Part shown: positions 1 through 7,062 of the stretch, in pieces | Layout of the letters: each line of letters opens with the position of its first letter | Numbering within the stretch: the first letter of the stretch is position 1 | NCBI GenBank assembly: GCA_000990445.1 | Contig: LBTJ01000001.1 | Span: forward strand, 1-55,545 | Source of the DNA: Candidatus Roizmanbacteria bacterium GW2011_GWA2_37_7 | GTDB taxonomy: Bacteria; Patescibacteriota; Microgenomatia; UBA1406; GWC2-37-13 | Length of the DNA stretch: 55,545 bases | Reading direction: 5' to 3' | The notes under the pieces: generated by a model | What the model was told of the DNA's origin: nothing | The model's input: only the letters and a program-made list of their open reading frames with translations | Databases searched by the model: none | Translations under genes and position numbers: made by a program

Positions 1-579
1 AAGTCAGAAGAGACATTTATATATTTAGCCATGATAGGACTCATGCTCAGAAGAACGGAGGTCTCAAATAAGGGCTAAAGAATCCAAACAGGCTCTAAGC
101 TTGCTGGATTCCCGAGTATCAGATTGGGCTGGACAATTGTTCCACGGTCACTTTCAAATAAAAAGATAGAGAAAGGACAACTTAATTCAATATGGAGGAG
201 AAGACAGCAGACGGGTTTCAATGGTGCCTCAGTTATTGTTCAAGAAGGTGGAATTGCGGCATTATCATCTGAAGGAATAAAAGAAAGTAATAAAAATATT
301 GATTATTACATGACTAACACCGCTTTAATTAAAAGCACCTGTAACAAAATAGGTTTTAAATCATATGGTGGGACGAATGCCCCTTATGTATGGTTAAAAA
401 CTCCGCAAAAAATGAAATCGTGGGACTTTTTTGATTTTCTTCTTAAAAAAGCTAGTACTATTTGTGCTCCAGGAATAGGTTTTGGTTCCTCATGTGAAGA
501 TTTTTTTAGACTCTCAGGATTTGCCAAAAAAGAGGATATTAAGGGAGCTTTACGATGTATGCAAAGGGCATTCCTTTAA
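1..579 (+). pseudogene. dapL: LL-diaminopimelate aminotransferase (DapL-type class I aminotransferase), 3' part only, interrupted by an in-frame stop
   Basis: Frame-1 translation gives SKLAGFPSIRLGWTIVP, FNGASVIVQEGG, YGGTNAPYVWLKTPQKMKSWDFFDFLL, PGIGFG and FFRLSGF, which are C-terminal signatures of DapL-family aminotransferases. Similarity continues upstream of the TTG at 124 to about nt 79 and then meets TAA at 76-78. The 5' part lies off-window. Confidence 0.55.
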
Positions 580-629
580 AGTATTTTTACCATTTTGTTT
601 CATGCCTTATAGCATTATTATACGAATCC

Positions 630-658
630 CGTCAACCTTCCTGACAATTCTGTCATTC
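630..658 (+). promoter_or_regulatory. Copy 1 of a 29-nt operator-like motif containing the palindrome TGACA-N4-TGTCA
   Basis: The sequence is cgtcaaccttccTGACAattcTGTCAttc. It is 27/28 identical to the copy at 1967-1994 and lies in the intergenic region downstream of the dapL fragment. Confidence 0.5.
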
Positions 659-897
659 TCTTTCTCCCCCTTTTTCCATATATTGAATCTGTTTCTTGTT
701 TGAGAGGTTAGGCGAGGTTGCAATAGCCGTGACCTCAACCTGATCTCAAAAACCAGAAGCACCTCAACAATCTGTGTGACGCATCTTGTATGAAAGGAGA
801 ATTCTCATGCGTCAAAAGCTTGTGTTCTTGGTCGTGATCACAAGCGAAAAACCAACCGATTTTGTCCTTATTGCCGTTAATTTTGAGGTTAAATACT

Positions 898-1938
898 TTA
901 TGAAGACTCGAATTTATGAATTCTTTGGCAATAATGAATCGTAGTTATGTCTGCTGGACTATAATATTCAATTTCAAATCTTGGATCATCATAAAGCGGA
1001 ACAACATATATATTATATGTCAATCTCATTCCTTGATACATAATGATTAAATTTATATACCATTCGTCTTTAATGATAGATCTCTGCAAAGATCTAAAAT
1101 GAACAATAAATCGTAACAAATTCTCGTGCCAAATAACTCTATCATTTCCCATTAATATTTTATTCATTTGAAAAGCTGGATCAAAAAGAATTTCAATCGC
1201 AGTTGGATTTTCCTTATGAATATTGGACATTTCTTCTTTTTTCATATCAAGGATTTTACTATGTTTATTATTTATATATATAACCCGCCAACAAAAATCA
1301 TATAAGACTGCTGAATACTGATATGACTCTAATACTGGTGCCATTGTTTCTTGAACTGACTTTATTTCTTGTTTCGTAGGCATATAATTACATAACAATA
1401 AAATATTATTTATTTCTTGTTTTTGGAGTCCAAGCACATTGCAGTATTTTTCAATAAAATTTTTATCAATATTTGTTGAATCACCCCTTTCAATTTTGTC
1501 AATAAAATCATAATCTGATACATTAAGGGCAAGCATCATTTCTGATAAAGTTATATTTTTTTGAATGCGATATGTTTTTAATAGTGAACTAATATCTTGT
1601 ATTGTATTTTGATTAATAATTTTTTCTAAAAACTTAGGAAGGTTTATTTTCTCTTGATCAGTTAAGTAACCTTGGTTTGCTGCTTCAAAAAAATGGTTTA
1701 CTTCAGAAATCAACCGTATTGCTCCACGTTTGATAAAAATATTTACAATTGTTAATAATATTCTTCTATCGCTAGGAACTCTTGTTCCGTTTTGCCACCT
1801 TGTAAATAAAGAGCTTTCATACACAATGCCTTCTTGAGCAAGAAGATCTCCAAATTCGGAAAGTGTTTCGATTTCTGCACGAAGACGATATTTTTTAAAT
1901 AGTTTTGCAAAGCTTATCCTGCTTGAAGTTTTTTTCAT
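898..1938 (-). CDS. XRE-family transcriptional regulator with two helix-turn-helix modules and an uncharacterised C-terminal domain
   Basis: 346-aa ATG ORF. The N-terminal FAKLFKKYRLRAEIETLSEFGDLLAQEG...SLFTRWQNG is HTH_XRE-like. A second HTH-like stretch is LLKTYRIQKNITLSEMMLALNVSDYDFIDKIERG. The remaining ~170 aa were not recognised. Confidence 0.6.
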   Translation of the reverse strand: MKKTSSRISFAKLFKKYRLRAEIETLSEFGDLLAQEGIVYESSLFTRWQNGTRVPSDRRILLTIVNIFIKRGAIRLISEVNHFFEAANQGYLTDQEKINLPKFLEKIINQNTIQDISSLLKTYRIQKNITLSEMMLALNVSDYDFIDKIERGDSTNIDKNFIEKYCNVLGLQKQEINNILLLCNYMPTKQEIKSVQETMAPVLESYQYSAVLYDFCWRVIYINNKHSKILDMKKEEMSNIHKENPTAIEILFDPAFQMNKILMGNDRVIWHENLLRFIVHFRSLQRSIIKDEWYINLIIMYQGMRLTYNIYVVPLYDDPRFEIEYYSPADITTIHYCQRIHKFESS

Positions 1939-1965
1939 AGGCAGAAGCTATTATAGCCTACTTCC

Positions 1966-1994
1966 AGTCAAACTTCCTGACAATTCTGTCATTC
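1966..1994 (+). promoter_or_regulatory. Copy 2 of the TGACA-N4-TGTCA operator-like motif, in a divergent promoter region
   Basis: The sequence is agtcaaacttccTGACAattcTGTCAttc. It lies 29-56 nt upstream of the regulator ATG at 1938 (minus strand) and 33 nt upstream of the MazG-like ATG at 2027. Confidence 0.55.
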
Positions 1995-2026
1995 ACTTTT
2001 TTGATTCTCATAGGTATAAAGTTTGT

Positions 2027-2356
2027 ATGAAGAAACAAAAAAATCAAAGTATCACGATGCATAAACTTAAAAATATGCTCTGGGATCTTACTGATGGTAA
2101 AGATTGGGAAGATAAATATTACCCCGACAACCTTGCAAAATCGATTGTCATAAGCTCAAATGACCTTTTAAAAGAATTTCAATGGGTAGACAACGTAGAT
2201 TCATGGGAAAAAATCAATAATGAAAAAGGTAAACAAAAAATTGCATATGAGATGATTCATGTTATTTATTACACAATGATGCTCGCAGAAATCATGAAAA
2301 TTGATATTGTCACATATCTGCAAATGAGACTTAGAGAAAAATATAGCTTAGTGTAA
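2027..2356 (+). CDS. MazG-like / DCTPP1-like nucleotide pyrophosphohydrolase-fold protein, possibly catalytically divergent
   Basis: 109-aa ORF. DWEDKYYPDNLAKSIVISSNDLLKEFQW followed by IAYEMIHVIYYTMMLAEIMKIDI matches the all-alpha MazG/dCTPase pattern (xFQW helix, then ExxD helix). Several acidic metal ligands appear substituted. Confidence 0.55.
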   Translation: MKKQKNQSITMHKLKNMLWDLTDGKDWEDKYYPDNLAKSIVISSNDLLKEFQWVDNVDSWEKINNEKGKQKIAYEMIHVIYYTMMLAEIMKIDIVTYLQMRLREKYSLV

Positions 2357-2552
2357 TTGCGCCTTATATCTTTGCTCTTTTTTTAAAAATAATTTTCAAA
2401 GGTATCCCTATACAAATATAAAAGAATAAAAAAATACCTATAATGCCTGCAAAAATAAGTAACAATATATTTTCTATATTCCTTCTCATAGATACTACTT
2501 AAGTTAAAAGTATATTCGCGCCTTGTAGTATAAATTCCTTAACACGAAATAA

Positions 2553-2581
2553 GAATGACAAAACTGTCAGAAAAGCTGACC
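2553..2581 (-). promoter_or_regulatory. Copy 3 (inverted orientation) of the TGACA-N4-TGTCA operator-like motif
   Basis: The reverse complement reads ggtcagcttttcTGACAgtttTGTCAttc, which is 23/29 identical to copy 1 with both palindrome half-sites intact. It lies just downstream of the stop of 2597..3166. Confidence 0.45.
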
Positions 2582-2596
2582 ACAGGAAGCTTATTT

Positions 2597-3166
2597 TTAC
2601 GCGGGATTTTCTCTCATGTGCTTTACGATCATGTCACGAAGAAGTTTTGATTTGGTGACGCCTCGTTCTTTTGCTGCGTCATCGATATATTGGAGAAGTT
2701 TGGGGCTGAGGAAAAAATTAAAGCGTTTGTCCCGTTTTTCACGGGCAATTTCTAGAGCATTTCGAAGGACTTTCCTATAGTTGTCATTGTTATAGCTCTT
2801 AATAATGAGTTTTTCATCTTCTATGCCTGATAAAAAATATGGGATATTGTCTTTGTAATAAAGAACTATTGTGGGTTTTGATGATTCAAGGGATTTTTGT
2901 ACAATAAATCCATTCCCCAAACTATGAGCGCTTGATTCAATAATACAAATATCAGCTTCCTGAATACACTTCATTTTCTTACGATAGTTTTCAACCTGCG
3001 CCTTCCTACCCTTAGCCATAAAATCAATATATTGTTCATAGGTGATTGACACGGCTTCGTCATCCACATGAGAATAACCCATATGTTCAAGCACTTCATA
3101 AATATGACGATAATATTTTCCGAATTCTTTTTCCCCTGCATAAGTAGCACCAAAAAATACTTTCAT
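2597..3166 (-). CDS. Nucleoside 2-deoxyribosyltransferase-like (NDT/DNPH1/SLOG-type Rossmannoid) domain fused to a C-terminal ribbon-helix-helix (CopG-like) DNA-binding domain
   Basis: 189-aa ORF. MKVFFGATYAG...EADICIIESSAHSLGNGFIVQKSLESSKPTIVLY fits the NDT-family layout. The C-terminal KRFNFFLSPKLLQYIDDAAKERGVTKSKLLRDMIVKHM is a typical RHH. Confidence 0.55.
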   Translation of the reverse strand: MKVFFGATYAGEKEFGKYYRHIYEVLEHMGYSHVDDEAVSITYEQYIDFMAKGRKAQVENYRKKMKCIQEADICIIESSAHSLGNGFIVQKSLESSKPTIVLYYKDNIPYFLSGIEDEKLIIKSYNNDNYRKVLRNALEIAREKRDKRFNFFLSPKLLQYIDDAAKERGVTKSKLLRDMIVKHMRENPA

Positions 3167-3183
3167 ACAATAATTATAATAGA

Positions 3184-5286
3184 TTAATAAACCATCTCAA
3201 ATTGAAATTTAAACCTTGCATTCCATGGATAATCCCCACCAAGCATAATATATCGGATACTATCCTGCACAACAGGAAAAATTCTTTGAATAACCTCAAC
3301 AATTTTAAGCTCTTTTTCATCTTTTTTCTTGCTCGTATCTCCTGCAATCTGAACCATATTGATGTATGCATCTCGCACAGGCTTAATAAATAACAGCTGT
3401 TGCATGTACGATACAAAATAATTATTACTTAATGGTAAGATTTCTATATGTTTTGAAAGCTCATCGGTTTGCAAATGTGAAAAATTTCTTGTCATGGTAA
3501 CGTCGATTTTTTTCAATGCAAGTTCTTGCTCATTTTTCATTCGTTCTAGTTTTAATAAACTTTCTTGTGAGCCTTGGACAATAACATGTATTTTCTTGTT
3601 TACCCATTGTATAAATAAAAGATGTTTCTGTCTATTGTTTAATTTCAATTTACCATGTAAATATGAAATATCACCAAAAAACTGCTCAATATACTCAATA
3701 TTATGAATAATATTTTGATTATTTACCTGCAAATATTTATAAAGAACAAAGTCTGATTGAAATCTTTGTATAAAAACTTTTTTAATTTTTTGAAGAGCTT
3801 CTTGAGTGAATAAACTAGCGTCTTCCTGTCCTATTGATTTATTTTTATACAATAGCTGAAACAGCATTTTTGCTTTAGTAAACATATTTATAAAATTATG
3901 AGTCACAGTCATTTTTCTTCGTATATTGCAAATTTTTGTTTTTACCTTTACAAAATTGATAAGGATATGCTTGGACACGAATATTGCATTTGGGTTTTTA
4001 AAACGTTCAAGGAATGCAATAGTTGTATCAACATTATGAGTATGCATTCGTAATGGTGAATCGAATATTTTGCTTTCTAATCCTTCTTGTAGTATTTTTT
4101 TTAATTCTTTTCGTGTAAACGCAGAATCCTCATGAAGAAGTTTTCCACGATAATTAAAGTCAAGAAATCCTGAAAATCCCACACTTAGCTTTGTATAATT
4201 TTTTAATAACCATTGATACTGTGCAATTTCCTGACAATGAAAAGGGGTAAGAAATGATTTTTTCCAATTTTTGATCAACTTTGTATCTGTTAATTGGAGG
4301 ATAACTGAGTGCATCCAAATATTTGAACGCTCTGTATCCAGATGATCTATCTGTTTGCCCCGTACATGTAGAGTAGCTTGATCAATATGAAACTGCTTGT
4401 AGTATGTGGCGTATTTCTCTTTAAGATATTGTTTTACTATTTGAAGAATCTCTGGTCCAAAGTATGTATATAAAACCCATGCCTTGATATGTGTATCAGG
4501 ATCATGGTTTGCAGGACTTAATCTACACTTCTTTTCTAATGCTCGCATATATGGCTCAACCATCTCAAACCAATTCTTTAAATAACCACGCGTTCCAAGC
4601 TTCAAATCAGTAAATGGCACTGTCACTAGTATATTATTGGGGTCATGCAGTCGAACATACCTTTTTACTGCATGGACAATTCCATCGTATACCCGTTGGG
4701 TTACAGACTCTGCATCCTGGATTCCATATTCTTCAAACCGTAAATACCAAGGAAATGTTTCGTCATACATAATGTTAAGACCATGTCGCGGTATAAGCGC
4801 TCCAGTAACCTGTGTCCATGTAGGAAACTGCAAACACATCCTAGTGATATACTGGCATATTAATGGAGATAACTCATTATCTTGTTGCAGAATGCGAATA
4901 ATTTTCGTATCAATACTTTCTAGGGCGCACGCTCCACCAAGTGCAATAATTTGATCATTAGGCAAACTTTTTTCCAACCACGATGAAAAATTCCCACCTA
5001 TCATAGCAATCTTTGTTACGGCTTCTCCATAGATATTTACCAATCTATCAAACTCATTTTCAGATATACTAAACCATCCTTTTGAATATACCGAGTTTGA
5101 TAAATACGACCTCTGTTCTATTGAAGAAATTGAACGACCTTTCGTTATTGATTCATATGCGCTTTGTGCATATTCCAGTCTAGATAAATCAAAAGCAGCA
5201 TGCGACTTTGGATTCTCTGAAATCACCAAAGCCACAGCATTCATAATCTTTTGATACTCTTGATAAGTTAATAAATTCTGTATCAT
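3184..5286 (-). CDS. Large (700 aa) cytoplasmic protein of unknown function, co-oriented with and 17 nt upstream of the NDT-RHH gene
   Basis: Uninterrupted 2.1-kb ATG ORF. No signal peptide, transmembrane segment or catalytic motif that I can recognise. The nested antisense ORFs are shadows. Confidence 0.7.
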   Translation of the reverse strand: MIQNLLTYQEYQKIMNAVALVISENPKSHAAFDLSRLEYAQSAYESITKGRSISSIEQRSYLSNSVYSKGWFSISENEFDRLVNIYGEAVTKIAMIGGNFSSWLEKSLPNDQIIALGGACALESIDTKIIRILQQDNELSPLICQYITRMCLQFPTWTQVTGALIPRHGLNIMYDETFPWYLRFEEYGIQDAESVTQRVYDGIVHAVKRYVRLHDPNNILVTVPFTDLKLGTRGYLKNWFEMVEPYMRALEKKCRLSPANHDPDTHIKAWVLYTYFGPEILQIVKQYLKEKYATYYKQFHIDQATLHVRGKQIDHLDTERSNIWMHSVILQLTDTKLIKNWKKSFLTPFHCQEIAQYQWLLKNYTKLSVGFSGFLDFNYRGKLLHEDSAFTRKELKKILQEGLESKIFDSPLRMHTHNVDTTIAFLERFKNPNAIFVSKHILINFVKVKTKICNIRRKMTVTHNFINMFTKAKMLFQLLYKNKSIGQEDASLFTQEALQKIKKVFIQRFQSDFVLYKYLQVNNQNIIHNIEYIEQFFGDISYLHGKLKLNNRQKHLLFIQWVNKKIHVIVQGSQESLLKLERMKNEQELALKKIDVTMTRNFSHLQTDELSKHIEILPLSNNYFVSYMQQLLFIKPVRDAYINMVQIAGDTSKKKDEKELKIVEVIQRIFPVVQDSIRYIMLGGDYPWNARFKFQFEMVY

Positions 5287-5361
5287 ATAATAATGTGATG
5301 TATATTTTGAGCAATAAATTATACTATAAGATATATTTATTTCTACAAAAATACATATTTC

Positions 5362-7056
5362 TTACTCATATCTCTCAAAGTACACTTTTAGTATCTCTTT
5401 TGCAATAGGAGCCGCAATATCAGACCCTTGTCCTCCTTCTTCAACTAAAACCGTAAGTACGATCTCTGGATTGTCAAATGGTGCAAAAACTGTAAACCAT
5501 GCATGAGGTTTCCCAGATTTTGCGTGAGATTCAGCTGTTCCGGTTTTACACCCAACAGAGATATTTGTAGTAATTACTGCTGTTGGACTTGCCTCTTTCT
5601 GAATACTATCAGACTGTATTTCTTGTTCTGAGATATTCTCTTGCTGTTGAACAGAAAAATTGAAAAATGGCCACCCAGTACCTCCGGTTTGACAGGCTTT
5701 GTGCATTCCTTCCCGAATCAACTCATATGTTGTATTTGACATCAGAAGTTCTTTACACGATGCGTCGTGTGCAGATTGTACTTTCAGAACTTTCGGATCA
5801 CACAAATACCCGCCGTTTGCAAATACCGCAGTTGCCCGTGCTATCTGTAATGGTGTTGTGGCAACATATCCTTGGCCGATTGATAAATTGTACGTATCTC
5901 CCAAAAACCATCGTTCTCCAAATGTATCTTGTTTCCAAAATGTGGATGGAATAATACCCACTGCTTCGTCAAGCCCAAGGTTTGATGAGTTTTGAAATCC
6001 AAAAATTTCAGCCCATTTTTTAATTTTTTCTGGGCCAAGTTTTCCACCAAGAAGATAAAAATATATATCATTGGAGCGTTGAAGCGCCTTGAGCATATTT
6101 ACTTCTCCCTCTGTGCGGCCATACTCCAGATAATACCAATTATGAAATTTCAGTGGTCCAGCTTCAAGAACTCCGCTATCCATAATAGTCTCATCCGGCG
6201 TGATCACTTTCTCTTCAAGACCGGCTGCAGCAATAAATAATTTAAACGTGGATCCAGGAGCATACACGCCTTCTGTTGCTCGGTTGAAAAGCGGTTCATC
6301 CTTGTCATCAATCAGCTTTTTGGCTAATTCCGAGTCTCCGTCCTCAAAAATCTGCGGATCATATCCGGGTGTTGAGGCCAAAATAAGTACATCGCCTGTG
6401 TCGGGCTTTAGTCCAATCACTGCTCCTTTCGTATCGCCCAGAAGCTCCATTGCCTTCTCTTGAAGTACGATGTCGAGGGCAAGCTTCAGATCGTCTCCTG
6501 CCTTTGGATCAAGAACGCTAAGTGTTTTGATATATTCACCATGCGCATCAATTTCGACAAGCTTCTTTCCGCGCCTACCGCGAAGCTCGCATTCATAGAG
6601 TTGTTCTACTCCTTTTTTTCCAACTTTATCTCCATACTTAAGTTTGTTCATACACGAGTCTGATTCCAAATCATCTGTATCGGCAATTTGCCGATACCCA
6701 ATGATATGACTTATTACATCAGAGTATTTATAGATTCTGTTTGAAGTTACACGCTCGTCATTGTCAGAAATATCTGGAGTTGTATTTGAGACAAGAATAA
6801 CGCCTTTTCGATCAACAATCGTACCTCGAGGCGCTTCAATAACAATCTCTTTGACTCTATTGTCGTCAGAAAGTACTGAGTAATAATTGCCTTTGACAAT
6901 AGTAAGCCTGAATAGTTGAACAAGTGCTATCAAAAAAAATATTGCCACACCAAGTCCATACAGTAAAAATAGGCCTTGCGAATATGACCGTTGCCTTGTG
7001 TCAAATGACATTGAGCCTGTATCGCCTTTGCGGATATAAGATAGTTTTTGATTCAT
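5362..7056 (-). CDS. mrdA: Penicillin-binding protein 2 / class B transpeptidase
   Basis: 564 aa with an N-terminal membrane anchor. Contains the three transpeptidase motifs: SxxK (PGSTFK), SxN (SNDIYF) and KTG (KTGTAE). Confidence 0.85.
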   Translation of the reverse strand: MNQKLSYIRKGDTGSMSFDTRQRSYSQGLFLLYGLGVAIFFLIALVQLFRLTIVKGNYYSVLSDDNRVKEIVIEAPRGTIVDRKGVILVSNTTPDISDNDERVTSNRIYKYSDVISHIIGYRQIADTDDLESDSCMNKLKYGDKVGKKGVEQLYECELRGRRGKKLVEIDAHGEYIKTLSVLDPKAGDDLKLALDIVLQEKAMELLGDTKGAVIGLKPDTGDVLILASTPGYDPQIFEDGDSELAKKLIDDKDEPLFNRATEGVYAPGSTFKLFIAAAGLEEKVITPDETIMDSGVLEAGPLKFHNWYYLEYGRTEGEVNMLKALQRSNDIYFYLLGGKLGPEKIKKWAEIFGFQNSSNLGLDEAVGIIPSTFWKQDTFGERWFLGDTYNLSIGQGYVATTPLQIARATAVFANGGYLCDPKVLKVQSAHDASCKELLMSNTTYELIREGMHKACQTGGTGWPFFNFSVQQQENISEQEIQSDSIQKEASPTAVITTNISVGCKTGTAESHAKSGKPHAWFTVFAPFDNPEIVLTVLVEEGGQGSDIAAPIAKEILKVYFERYE

Positions 7057-7062
7057 TACCTC

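Noticed and set aside
703-750. Imperfect long hairpin (GAGAGGUU..GAGGU...ACCUC..AACC..UCUC) and repeated ACCTCAAC strings downstream of the dapL fragment
   Set aside because: There is no U-tract, no recognisable RNA family, and it could simply be a remnant sequence. The evidence is too weak for a feature call.
807-944. 45-codon ORF (MRQKLVFLVVITSEKPTDF...) preceded by a strong AAAGGAG Shine-Dalgarno 7 nt upstream
   Set aside because: It is below a size where I can judge coding potential, overlaps the convergent 3' end of 898..1938, and has no recognisable family. It is mentioned only as a possible target of operator copy 1.
2364-2489. 41-codon minus-strand ORF encoding a hydrophobic peptide (MRRNIENILLLIFAGIIGIFLFFYICIGIPLKIIFKKRAKI)
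   Set aside because: There is no RBS and no homology evidence. It could be a real small membrane peptide downstream of operator copy 3 but is unsupported.
3202-4954. Antisense and nested ORFs inside long genes (for example 3202..3393, 3494..3706, 4637..4954; likewise 16075..16545, 33444..33875, 37435..37920)
   Set aside because: They lie entirely within well-supported genes on the opposite strand or in another frame and have low-complexity translations. They are shadow ORFs.
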